Positions 1 to 8,156 of a stretch of 40,427 nt of DNA are shown one piece after another; position 1 is the stretch's first letter; the number at the start of each line of letters is the position of its first letter. The notes under the pieces were generated by a model. That model saw only the letters and a list, made by a program, of their open reading frames with translations. It did no database searches and had not been told where the DNA came from. Source of the stretch: Thermoflexales bacterium (GTDB taxonomy: Bacteria > Chloroflexota > Anaerolineae > J036 > Brachytrichaceae); the NCBI GenBank assembly GCA_044235195.1, contig JBIIIA010000001.1, forward strand, positions 1 to 40,427, given 5' to 3'. Both the position numbers and the translations under genes were made by a program.

Positions 1-374
1 CGGATGCGGCGCAGCGCTGCGGGCACGTCGGCGATGTGATGAATGACGCGCACCATGGTGGCGGCGCTGAGCACGCCCGGTGCGAACGGCAGGTTGTAGA
101 TGTCGGCGGCGACGAAGGTGAAGCGCGGATCGCCGCCCCATTTCTGCATGCCCTCCTCGAGCAGCGAGCGCGAGTAGTCGAGCAGCACGATCTGCTCGTA
201 GCCGGTGTAGAGCTCGGCGAGTCGTCCGAACCCGGCGCCGAACTCGACGATGCGGCGGCCGGACTGGGGAAGCAGGCGGCGGATGGCGACGCGTTCGACG
301 GCGTCTTCGTAGGCGCGGTCGGCGTTCTTCCAGAAGCGGCTCTGGTAGTCCGAGCCTTCGTAGTCGCAGATCAT
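1..374 (-). CDS. class I SAM-dependent methyltransferase (N-terminal ~124 aa; gene runs off the left edge)
   Basis: Absent from the ORF track because it is open to the window edge. Hand translation of the reverse strand from ATG at 374 gives MICDYEGSDYQSRFWKNADRAYEDAVERVAIRRLLPQSGRRIVEFGAGFGRLAELYTGYEQIVLLDYS... It has a motif-I-like glycine loop (VEFGAGFGR) and a downstream acidic LLD. Confidence 0.65.
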   Translation of the reverse strand, partial: MICDYEGSDYQSRFWKNADRAYEDAVERVAIRRLLPQSGRRIVEFGAGFGRLAELYTGYEQIVLLDYSRSLLEEGMQKWGGDPRFTFVAADIYNLPFAPGVLSAATMVRVIHHIADVPAALRRI

Positions 375-381
375 GGGCCGT

Positions 382-387
382 ATTCTC
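382..387 (-). promoter_or_regulatory. -10-like hexamer GAGAAT, 7 nt upstream of the methyltransferase ATG (putative leaderless promoter)
   Basis: Reverse strand reads GAGAAT-acggccc-ATG. It lies in the 16-nt gap after the S41 peptidase stop. Confidence 0.35.
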
Positions 388-390
388 GCA

Positions 391-1857
391 TTACGGGAAC
401 GTAGCCAGCGCGGCGGCGACGAGCGGATCGTTCGCTTCGTCGTATTCGTGCCACTGCGCTTCGATCGTCATATCGGGCTCGAGGCCGACGCCTTCCCAGC
501 TTTTGCCGGAGGGCAGGCGGAAGCTTTGTTCGGCGAGCCACAGGCGCGAACCGTCTTCGAACTGGTGCGAGCGCAGCGTTTCGATGTTGCCGGCGGTGCG
601 CTGGCCGATCAGCACAGCGCGTTCCTTTTCGCGCAGCGCGCCGGCGAAGACTTCGGCGTACGATTCGGTGGCCGGGCCGATCAGCACGACGATCGGCATG
701 CTTTGCGAGCGCCCGACGCCGCGCGCCTGCACGACGATCGTCTCCTCGGCGGCGCTGCGATCGTAGAGGCTGCCGATCGCGCCGCGTGTGAAAAAGCCGA
801 GCGTGGGCTGCAGCACGTCCAGCGCGCCGCCGCCGTTGATGCGCAGGTCGAGGATCAGCCCGGCGAGCGGCGCGTCGCGCTGCAGTTCCTCGAGAGCGGC
901 GCGCACCTGTTCGTCGATCGATTCCTCGAACAGCGTGGGGATGGCGATGTACCCGATCGGCCCGGCGCCGGCCGTGAGCAGGCGGTGCGTCACGCGTTCG
1001 TCGGCGCGCACTTCGGCGCGCACGAGTTCGACCGTGCGTTCGCGGCCGTCGGGCGTTCGAATGACGGCGTTCACCGGCGTGCCGATTTCGCCGCGGAAGA
1101 GCGAAGCGTTCGAATTGCCGTCGACGTCGACGGCCGGCTGATCATCGATGCGCACGATTCGTTCGTGCGGGCGAATGCCGGCGTTCGCGGCCGGGCTGTT
1201 CGGGTAGACCTGCAGCACGGCCAGCCCGTCGGTGTGGCTCAAGGGAAACGTGACGACGCCGACGCCGGCGTATACCAGTTCGCCGGAATATTCGGCATCT
1301 TCGTCTTCAGCTTCTTCGGGCGAGAGAAAGGCCGAGTGAGCGTCGCCGAGCTCGTCGATGCGATCGGCCAGCATGCGGTGAAAATCCTCGTCGCTCATGC
1401 CGCGGTGCGCGCGCATCGAGTCTTCACGCATCGCTGCGTCCCAGTTCATGCCGTTGAAATCGGCGTAGACGTAGCGCTGGCGCACGAGTTCGGCGAACGT
1501 ATCCTGCACGCGCAGCTGCCGTCGCGTATCGGCGGCGGGAATCGTGCGCGGCGCGGCGCTGGGCGTGGCCGTCGGTCGCGGTGTCGACGTGCGTTCTGGC
1601 GCGGGCGTAGGAATCATCGCCGTCGACGCGGGGGACGGCGGGGCAGCGGTCCGTGAGGTGAGCGCTTCCGATGGCGCCGACGTTTCGACGATGCGCACTG
1701 CGCCGCTGAACCACGCCGCGGCGCCGACGACGCCGCCGATGACGCAGGCGAGCAGCGCCGTCGTCAGCAGTGCGACGCCCAGGCGCCGGCGTCGCGGCGT
1801 CCGTTCGTCCGGGAGCGGCACCTCAGGAACCGGGGCGAGTTCGGAATCTTCGTTCAT
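391..1857 (-). CDS. S41 family C-terminal processing peptidase, membrane-anchored, with PDZ-like segment
   Basis: ORF 391..2580 trimmed to the in-frame ATG at 1857 (MNEDSELAP...). The upstream ~240 codons are Arg-rich and overlap the HAD gene out of frame. The product has a TM helix (LGVALLTTALLACVIGGVVGAAAWF), a Pro/Ala/Thr linker, and S41 signatures LILDLRINGGG and VVLIGPATESYAEVFAGAL. There is an ATGA overlap with the HAD stop. Confidence 0.85.
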   Translation of the reverse strand: MNEDSELAPVPEVPLPDERTPRRRRLGVALLTTALLACVIGGVVGAAAWFSGAVRIVETSAPSEALTSRTAAPPSPASTAMIPTPAPERTSTPRPTATPSAAPRTIPAADTRRQLRVQDTFAELVRQRYVYADFNGMNWDAAMREDSMRAHRGMSDEDFHRMLADRIDELGDAHSAFLSPEEAEDEDAEYSGELVYAGVGVVTFPLSHTDGLAVLQVYPNSPAANAGIRPHERIVRIDDQPAVDVDGNSNASLFRGEIGTPVNAVIRTPDGRERTVELVRAEVRADERVTHRLLTAGAGPIGYIAIPTLFEESIDEQVRAALEELQRDAPLAGLILDLRINGGGALDVLQPTLGFFTRGAIGSLYDRSAAEETIVVQARGVGRSQSMPIVVLIGPATESYAEVFAGALREKERAVLIGQRTAGNIETLRSHQFEDGSRLWLAEQSFRLPSGKSWEGVGLEPDMTIEAQWHEYDEANDPLVAAALATFP

Positions 1858-2561
1858 CGATTGGAAAGCTCGATGTAGGTCAATACGTCGCGCAGCCGGC
1901 GCACGCGCTTGTCGTGCATCCCGGCGAAGACGTTGCGCGGATCGATCAGCACGACGTCCATGCCGACGCCGCGGGCGCCGACGACGTCGGCGAAATAATT
2001 GTCGCCGACGTAGAGGACGGAGTGCGCAGCGAGGCCGCCGGCGAGCTCGAGCGCTTTTTCGAAAATGACGCGATCGGGCTTGAACGAACCGGCTGCCGTG
2101 GCCCACAGGTTGAAATGAAAGAACTCCTCGAAGCCGTAGCGGGCGATGATCGGCGCCAGGTCCGTGTCGCGGTTGGAGACCAGCCCGAGCGTATAACCGG
2201 CTTCGTGCAGCGTCTTGAGCACGGTGCGCGCGTCGCCGAAGACGATGTCTTCCGGGTCGTAGTGCTCGAAAAGATCTTGAATGCGATGCGCGCAGTCCGG
2301 GCAGTCGTGCACGCCGATGGCGGTCAGCAGCGTATGGTTGTAGTTCACCCAGAAATCGCGTTTGTCGAAGCGCGCCATGTCGTCGTCCACGCGGGGTGAT
2401 GCCCAGTAGCGGTGTGCTTCGCGTTCGCACGCGGCGGCCTGTTCGTCGGTCAGCGCGATTCCGACGCGGCCGGCGTATTCGATGAATGCTTCGAATCCCT
2501 CGGGAAGCGATGCACGCAGAGTGCCGTCGAGGTCGAAGAAGATGGCGGAGTACTTCGGCAT
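1854..2561 (-). CDS. HAD-superfamily hydrolase (subfamily IA-like)
   Basis: 235-aa ORF. Motif I FFDLDGTL, motif II LVSNR, motif IV VGDNYFADVVGARGVGM. Coding-like composition. Confidence 0.85.
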   Translation of the reverse strand: MPKYSAIFFDLDGTLRASLPEGFEAFIEYAGRVGIALTDEQAAACEREAHRYWASPRVDDDMARFDKRDFWVNYNHTLLTAIGVHDCPDCAHRIQDLFEHYDPEDIVFGDARTVLKTLHEAGYTLGLVSNRDTDLAPIIARYGFEEFFHFNLWATAAGSFKPDRVIFEKALELAGGLAAHSVLYVGDNYFADVVGARGVGMDVVLIDPRNVFAGMHDKRVRRLRDVLTYIELSNR

Positions 2562-2584
2562 GCGAGCGATACGCTACCACAGAA

Positions 2585-2626
2585 GGACGGCGGACGGCGG
2601 ACGGCGGACGGCAGACGGCGGACGGC
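2585..2626. repeat. six tandem copies of heptamer GGACGGC (fifth copy AGACGGC)
   Basis: Read directly: ggacggc x4, agacggc, ggacggc. It lies in the 70-nt spacer between the histidine-kinase stop (2632) and the HAD start (2561). A 17-nt core GGACGGCGGACGGCAGA recurs at 40282..40298. Confidence 0.9.
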
Positions 2627-2631
2627 CGTCG

Positions 2632-3795
2632 TCAGTTCTCCGCGCGCGGGACGGTGAACCAGAAGGTGGTGCCGGCGCCGAGCGTGCTGACGACCCAGAT
2701 GCGCCCGCCGTGCGCTTCGACGATGTGGCGAGCGATGGCGAGCCCCAGGCCGGTGCCGCTGCGGCCGCGGGCGCGGTCGACTTTATAGAAGCGCTCGAAA
2801 ATGCGCGGCAGTTCGTCGGCCGGGATGCCTTCGCCGGTGTCGCGCACGCCGATGCGGATGAAGTCCCCATCTTCGATTTCTGCGCCGACGGTGATGGAGC
2901 CTTTGGCGGTGAATTTGACGGCGTTGTGAATGAGATTGGACAACACGCGTTGAATCTGCGCCGGGTCGATGAGCACACGCAGGCTCGGATCGACGGTCGA
3001 TGTCAGCTGCAGGCCGGCGCGTTCGGCCTGCGGCGACAGACGGGTGAGCACAGCGGCGACGACTTCGTGCAGGTCGATCTCGATGAGGCGCATGGGAAGC
3101 TGGCCGCTCTCGATCTGTGCGAGATCGGAGAGCTCCTGGGTGAGCTGTGTCAGCGCGGTGGTCTGATCATCGATCTGATCGAGCGTGCGCGCGAGCGCGG
3201 CCGGAAGCGGCGTGTCCGTGCGCGCTGCGGCGCGCGCGCCGTCCAGAAGCAGGCGGATCGCCGTGAGCGGCGTGCGCAGCTCGTGGCCGATGTTGGCGAC
3301 GAAGTCGCGGCGAGCGCGGCCGAGTCGCGTCAGCTCGCTGATGTCGCGCAGGACGACCACGGCGCTGGCGCCGCCTTCGAGCAGCGTCGCGCGGCAGCGA
3401 TGCAGCTTGCCGTTGAGCAGCACGTTGCGGGGCAGGTCGAGCTGTTCGGTGAATGCTTCTTCGGCGAGAAGATCGAGCTCGAACGAGCGCGTGCTTTCGA
3501 TCAGGCTGCGCTCGAGCTCGAAGATGCCCATCGTCTGCGCGGCTGCGTTCATCGCCGTGACGCGGTGTGCGTCGTCGATGAAAATCGCGGGGTCGGTCAT
3601 GGCGTCGAAGAGCGCCTGACGCTGCACGTGCGCCGCGTCGCGTTCGGCGAGCGCCTGCGCCAGCTGCTGGCGCTGCCGCAGAAATTCCACGGTGATTTCG
3701 TCCGTGGTGCGCTCGGTGCGACGCAGCCGGACGAGGAGAACGATCGTGGTGATCAGCGCTACGACGAGTGAGACGACGGAAAGTTCGGTGGACAT
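2632..3795 (-). CDS. sensor histidine kinase (N-terminal TM, PAS-like, HisKA, HATPase_c)
   Basis: 387-aa ORF. H-box FVANIGHELRTPLTAI, N-box LSNLIHNAVKFT, G-boxes VRDTGEGI and GTGLGLAIARHIVEAHGG. Single N-terminal TM and no periplasmic domain. Confidence 0.9.
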   Translation of the reverse strand: MSTELSVVSLVVALITTIVLLVRLRRTERTTDEITVEFLRQRQQLAQALAERDAAHVQRQALFDAMTDPAIFIDDAHRVTAMNAAAQTMGIFELERSLIESTRSFELDLLAEEAFTEQLDLPRNVLLNGKLHRCRATLLEGGASAVVVLRDISELTRLGRARRDFVANIGHELRTPLTAIRLLLDGARAAARTDTPLPAALARTLDQIDDQTTALTQLTQELSDLAQIESGQLPMRLIEIDLHEVVAAVLTRLSPQAERAGLQLTSTVDPSLRVLIDPAQIQRVLSNLIHNAVKFTAKGSITVGAEIEDGDFIRIGVRDTGEGIPADELPRIFERFYKVDRARGRSGTGLGLAIARHIVEAHGGRIWVVSTLGAGTTFWFTVPRAEN

Positions 3796-3811
3796 GATGG
3801 GCCGCTCGTCG

Positions 3812-4063
3812 TCAGCGTGTGCGAGAGGACGGCGCCGATCGGCGTCGCATCAACAGCAGGAGTGCGGCGGCGAGTGCGCTGAATGCGAAGGCGACGGCGA
3901 GGAGTGTGGTCGGCGAACGCCGCGCCGCGGCAATCTCGGCATGCATGAGTTCGTCGTGGGCACGACTGACGAAGGCCGGATCGGGCCGCACGGCATCCGT
4001 TCGAACGGCGCGCTGCAGGCGCTGTTCGAGCCATTCGACGTCGTCGGGGGTGAGTCTGGTCAT
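3812..4063 (-). CDS. small single-pass membrane protein, putative anti-sigma factor
   Basis: 83-aa ORF with a 4-nt overlap to the upstream ECF sigma gene. C-terminal TM LLAVAFAFSALAAALLLLM. No zinc-binding HxxxCxxC motif. The call rests on position only. Confidence 0.4.
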   Translation of the reverse strand: MTRLTPDDVEWLEQRLQRAVRTDAVRPDPAFVSRAHDELMHAEIAAARRSPTTLLAVAFAFSALAAALLLLMRRRSAPSSRTR

Positions 4064-4755
4064 GGCTGTGAAATCATTCGCCGTGCGGCGTTCGTAGTAT
4101 TTTCGGGGCTCATCGCCGTGGCATTTCGTTCTTCGTCATCGAGCACTTCGCGCAGCTGCTGCAGTGTGCGATGGTAGAGCGACTTGACTGCACCTTCGCT
4201 GCGATTCATGATCTCGCCGATCTCGGCGTTCTGTTTCTGCTCGACGAACTTGAGCACGATCAGATGCTGTCGTTCTTCGGGCAGCTTGCGGATGGCGCGC
4301 ATGAGACGGATGCGGTCACGCTCGGCGTCGATGTCGTGATCGGCGTCGGAATGCTCCCCCGGATGTGCGTCGATTTCTTCGAAGGGGATCGCCGGATGTC
4401 GGCTGTTGTCGCGATGGAAGTTGGCCACGACGTTGTGCGCGATGCGATACAGCCATGCGGTGAACGGCAGCCCGCGGTCGCTGTAATTGTGAATGTGGCG
4501 CAGCGCGCGCGTGAAGACCTTGGCCGTCAGATCTTCGGCGTCGACGGAAACTCCGACGCGGTAATACACGTAGCGATAGATCGCGGCGACGTGTCGCTGG
4601 TAGAGCGCGCCGAACGCGTCGCGTTCGTGGCGTGCGCGCTGAGCGAGCGCCTGATCGTCGAGCGCATCGAGCGTGTCGAGCGCATCTAAGTCGCAGAGCG
4701 CGACGATGTGCGACGATTCATCGTCTGCGATGGTTCCGATGGATTCCTTGTCCAA
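4060..4755 (-). CDS. ECF-type RNA polymerase sigma-70 family factor
   Basis: Region 2 (FGALYQRHVAAIYRYVYYRV...FTAWLYRIAHNVVANFHRD) and region 4 (LPEERQHLIVLKFVEQKQNAEIGEIMNRSEGAVKSLYHRTLQQLR). The track start at 4755 is a TTG codon, so the true start is uncertain. Confidence 0.85.
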   Translation of the reverse strand: MDKESIGTIADDESSHIVALCDLDALDTLDALDDQALAQRARHERDAFGALYQRHVAAIYRYVYYRVGVSVDAEDLTAKVFTRALRHIHNYSDRGLPFTAWLYRIAHNVVANFHRDNSRHPAIPFEEIDAHPGEHSDADHDIDAERDRIRLMRAIRKLPEERQHLIVLKFVEQKQNAEIGEIMNRSEGAVKSLYHRTLQQLREVLDDEERNATAMSPENTTNAARRMISQP

Positions 4756-4781
4756 CGGGCGGTATTATCGCGGAATCTTCG

Positions 4782-5717
4782 ATGCGTATCTCGATCGTCA
4801 TCCCGAACTGGAACGGCGCGCGGCATCTGCCGGTGTGTCTGCAGGCGCTGCGTGCGCAGACGCTGCCGCCGCATGAAGTGCTGCTGGTCGACAATGCGTC
4901 GGCAGACGATTCTCTGGCGCTGGTTGCGCGCGAATTTCCGGAAGTGCGGGTGATTGCGCTGCCGAAGAATCTGCGCTTTGCGGGCGCCTGCAACGCCGGC
5001 ATTCGTGCGTCGAGCGGCGAGGCCGTGGCGCTGCTGAACAACGACACCGAAGCCGACGTGCACTGGCTCGAACGCGTGGCGGCCTGCTTCGCGGCGCACG
5101 ACGACGCCGGGTTCGTCGCCAGCAAACTGCGCTTGTTCGATCGCCGCGATCGGCTGCACAGCGCCGGCGACTCGTACTCGTCCGCGGGCACGCCCGGCAA
5201 TCGCGGCGTGTGGCAGATCGACGACGGACGCTTCGATGCCGAATATGTGTTCGGCGCGTGCGGTGCAGCATCGGTGTACCGTCGCAGCATGTTGGACGCC
5301 GTCGGCCTGCTGGACGAAGATTTCGAATTTTCGTGCGAGGACGTCGATCTGTCGTGGCGTGCGCAGCTGGCCGGCTATCGCTGCGCATTCGCGCACGATG
5401 CGATCGTGTATCACAAGGTCAGCGCGACGGGCGGCGGCGTGCTCAACAGCTATTACGACGGCCGCAATTTCCTGTGGCTGCTGGTCAAGGACGTGCCCGG
5501 GGAAATTCTGCGCGCGCGCTTCGGTGCGATCGCGGCTTCCCAGATCCGCATCGCGTTCGATGCGCTGCGGGCGTGGCGCGGCCAGGCGGCGCGCAACCGG
5601 CTGAAAGGGCAGCTGGCCGGGCTGCTGGGCATCCCGCGCATGCTGCGCGCGCGGCGCGCGGTGCAGCGCAGCCGCGTCATTTCGCGCGAACAGGTGTGGG
5701 CACTGCTGGATCGGTGA
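4782..5717 (+). CDS. family 2 glycosyltransferase
   Basis: ORF 4632..5717 trimmed to ATG 4782 (MRISIVIPNWNGARHLPVCLQALRAQT...VLLVDNASADDS...LLNNDTE), a typical GT2 N-terminus with a DxD-like NDT/DVD. The upstream codons overlap the divergent sigma gene. Confidence 0.85.
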   Translation: MRISIVIPNWNGARHLPVCLQALRAQTLPPHEVLLVDNASADDSLALVAREFPEVRVIALPKNLRFAGACNAGIRASSGEAVALLNNDTEADVHWLERVAACFAAHDDAGFVASKLRLFDRRDRLHSAGDSYSSAGTPGNRGVWQIDDGRFDAEYVFGACGAASVYRRSMLDAVGLLDEDFEFSCEDVDLSWRAQLAGYRCAFAHDAIVYHKVSATGGGVLNSYYDGRNFLWLLVKDVPGEILRARFGAIAASQIRIAFDALRAWRGQAARNRLKGQLAGLLGIPRMLRARRAVQRSRVISREQVWALLDR

Positions 5718-5726
5718 CGCCCGGGG

Positions 5727-6956
5727 CTACTCCGGCCAGGCGTATCCTTCGCGCTCGACCTGATAGCCGGCCGTAGTGAGGGTGTTGATCACTTCCTGCC
5801 CGTGCGCTTCGTCGCGCACTTCGAGCACGAGCTCGATGCCGACGCGTCCGAGCGGAGCCAGCCAGATGGCGCGCCGGTGGTACACGTCGATGACGTTGGC
5901 GCCGGCCGCGGCCACGCGGTCGATGAGTTTGGCGAGGTTGCCCGGCCGGTCGGCGACGGACATCTTCAGCAAGACGTAGCGCCCCTGGCGCACCAGCACC
6001 TGCTCGATGACGCGCGCCAGCAGGTTGCCGTCGATGTTGCCGCCGCACAGGGGCGCGCACACGACGTCGCCTGGCGCGACGCGCACGCGGCCGGCGAGCA
6101 GCGCTGCGATGCCGGCGGCGCCGGCCCCCTCGACGACGAGGTGCGCTCCCTGCACGCAATGGGCGATGCCGCGCGCGATCTCGTCTTCGCTGACTTCGAC
6201 GACGTCGTCGACGAGTGCGTGAATCATCGGCAGCGTGATGTCGCCCGGGCGTTTGACGGCGATGCCGTCGGCGATCGTCTGCGCGCGCGGCAGCGCCACC
6301 GGCTGCCCGGCGGCGAGCGACGGCTTCACCGCTGAACAGCCGGACGCCTGCACGCCGATGACGCGAATGGACGGGTTCATCGCCTTGGCCGCCGTGGCGA
6401 TCCCGGCGATCAGGCCGCCGCCGCCGATCGGCACGACCAGCACGGTGACGTCGGGCAGCGCCATCATGATCTCCAGCCCGAGCGTGCCCTGTCCGGCGAC
6501 GATGAGCGGATCGTTGAACGCATGTACGAACGTCAGGCCGCGCTGTTCCTGCAGATCGCGCGCGGTCATGCCGGCTTCGTCGAACGTGGCGCCGCTGAGG
6601 ACGACTTCGGCGCCGAGCGCGCGCGTGTTCACCACTTTCGTGAGCGGTGCGTTCTCCGGCATGACGATCGTGGCAGTCACGCCGTAGGCGCGCGCGGCGA
6701 ACGCCACGCCCTGCGCGTGGTTGCCGGCGGAATGGGCGATCACACCGCGTCGTCGCTCCTCTTCGGTGAGATGGGCGAGTTTGTTGTACGCGCCGCGCAC
6801 CTTGAACGAGCCGCCGCGCTGCAGGTTCTCCGCCTTGACGAAGGCGCGCGCGCCGAGTTCGCGCGACAGGGTGTCGTCGGCAAGAATCGGCGTCGGAAGA
6901 ATGACTCCGTTCAGCACACGTTGAGCGGCATGTATGTCCGCGATGGTGATCGACAT
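5727..6956 (-). CDS. ilvA: threonine ammonia-lyase (threonine dehydratase), short form with one C-terminal ACT-like domain
   Basis: 409-aa ORF. PLP-lysine motif GGSFKVRGAYNK, SAGNHAQGVA, and glycine loop PIGGGGLIAG. Confidence 0.9.
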   Translation of the reverse strand: MSITIADIHAAQRVLNGVILPTPILADDTLSRELGARAFVKAENLQRGGSFKVRGAYNKLAHLTEEERRRGVIAHSAGNHAQGVAFAARAYGVTATIVMPENAPLTKVVNTRALGAEVVLSGATFDEAGMTARDLQEQRGLTFVHAFNDPLIVAGQGTLGLEIMMALPDVTVLVVPIGGGGLIAGIATAAKAMNPSIRVIGVQASGCSAVKPSLAAGQPVALPRAQTIADGIAVKRPGDITLPMIHALVDDVVEVSEDEIARGIAHCVQGAHLVVEGAGAAGIAALLAGRVRVAPGDVVCAPLCGGNIDGNLLARVIEQVLVRQGRYVLLKMSVADRPGNLAKLIDRVAAAGANVIDVYHRRAIWLAPLGRVGIELVLEVRDEAHGQEVINTLTTAGYQVEREGYAWPE

Positions 6957-6963
6957 GCAGGAA

Positions 6964-6969
6964 ATACTA
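6964..6969 (-). promoter_or_regulatory. -10-like hexamer TAGTAT, 7 nt upstream of ilvA ATG (putative leaderless promoter)
   Basis: Reverse strand reads TAGTAT-ttcctgc-ATG inside the 18-nt gap after the glycerate kinase stop. Confidence 0.45.
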
Positions 6970-6974
6970 GTGGC

Positions 6975-8147
6975 TTACGGGGAAATTGCCACGATGACGT
7001 CGGCGACGTTGGTGCCCGTCGGCCCGGTGCGCAGCAGGTCCCCCAGTCGATCGAAAAGGACGTAGCTGTCGTTGCGCGCCAGGAAGTCGGCGGGATCCAG
7101 GCCGAGCGCGCGTGCGCGTGCGACCGTAGTCGGACGGGCGACGGCGCCGGCGGCGTCGGTCGGTCCATCCGTGCCGTCGGTGCCGAGTGCGGCGACCACG
7201 CAGTTGTTCGCCGCACCGCACTCGGCGAGCGCGATCGCTGCGGCGAGCGCGGCCTCCTGATTGCGGCCGCCCTTGCCGGAACCGCGCAGCGTGACGGTGG
7301 TTTCGCCGCCGTAGATCAGCGCCGTGCCCGGCGGCGCAGCGGCGATCTCGCCGGCGATCGCCGCGCCGACGTCGCGCGCTTCGCCGCGCAGCGTGGTGGT
7401 GACGACGCGCGCATGCAGGCCGAGCGACTCGGCTTCGGCGCGCGCGGCTTCGCACGCCTGCGGGTTGTTGCCGACGAGCACGTTGTGCGCGCGTGGTTCG
7501 AACGTCAATCCGGAGGCGATCACGTCGAGCGGGTCGCCGATGACGTCGGAAAGAATCAACGCCAGCACGCGGGCCGGCGTGGCGCGCCGCACCAGACCGC
7601 CGGCCTTGAGTCGGTCGATGCGCGAGCGCACTGCGTTCATTTCAGCGATGTCGGCGCCGCTGCGCAGCAGCGCATCGTTGACGGCCTGAATCGTGCGCAG
7701 CGAGATGCCAGGCTCCGGTGCGACCAGCAGCGCGCTGGCGCCGCCGGAGACGCAGGCGATGACGAGCGTGTGTTCGTCGGTGTCGGAGACGGCGGCTGCT
7801 ACGGCGGCCCCGCCGCGCAGGCTGCCTTCGTCCGGCACCGGATGCCCGGCTTCGATGACGGTGAGTGGAGAACAGTCGCTCGAGACGTGGCCGTGCTTGG
7901 TGACGACCACGCCGCTCACGCTGCGGCCGTGCAGCAGCGTGAGCATTTCGGCGGCCATCGGGGCGGCGGCCTTGCCGGCGGCGACCAGGCGCACGTCGTG
8001 GGGAAGCGCGACGCGCACGTCGTCGACGAACAGCGCGTCGCCGTCACGCCGCACGTGGCGACGGACGGCGACGCGCGGATCGGCGGCGCGCAGAGCGGCG
8101 TTCAAGATGCGATCGAGCAGAGCGTCACGCGAGTTCGAAGTCGGCAT
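6975..8147 (-). CDS. glycerate 2-kinase / hydroxypyruvate reductase-like protein (DUF4147 + MOFRL family)
   Basis: 390-aa ORF. VAAGKAAAPMA near the N-terminus and GGETTVTLRGSGKGGRNQEAALAAAIAL, characteristic of MOFRL glycerate kinases. Confidence 0.8.
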   Translation of the reverse strand: MPTSNSRDALLDRILNAALRAADPRVAVRRHVRRDGDALFVDDVRVALPHDVRLVAAGKAAAPMAAEMLTLLHGRSVSGVVVTKHGHVSSDCSPLTVIEAGHPVPDEGSLRGGAAVAAAVSDTDEHTLVIACVSGGASALLVAPEPGISLRTIQAVNDALLRSGADIAEMNAVRSRIDRLKAGGLVRRATPARVLALILSDVIGDPLDVIASGLTFEPRAHNVLVGNNPQACEAARAEAESLGLHARVVTTTLRGEARDVGAAIAGEIAAAPPGTALIYGGETTVTLRGSGKGGRNQEAALAAAIALAECGAANNCVVAALGTDGTDGPTDAAGAVARPTTVARARALGLDPADFLARNDSYVLFDRLGDLLRTGPTGTNVADVIVAISP

Positions 8148-8156
8148 GATGTGCGC

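Noticed and set aside
373-1656. 427-aa plus-strand ORF
   Set aside because: It is antisense to the S41 peptidase. Its Arg/Ala/Gly-dominated low-complexity composition with no motifs is typical of a high-GC shadow ORF.
391-2580. 729-aa ORF suggesting a much longer S41 peptidase
   Set aside because: The N-terminal ~240 codons are Arg/Pro/His-rich junk that overlaps the well-supported HAD gene in another frame. An internal ATG at 1857 gives a sensible TM-anchored protein with an ATGA junction to the HAD gene.
2585-2626. Possible CRISPR array (also considered for 21636..21701 and 19241..19306)
   Set aside because: The repeat period is 6-7 nt with no unique spacers, and there are no cas genes in the window. 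These are simple tandem repeats, not CRISPRs.
2482-3771. 429-aa plus-strand ORF
   Set aside because: It is antisense to the histidine kinase, which has unambiguous H, N and G boxes. Its composition is Ala/Arg/Gly/Asp-rich without motifs.
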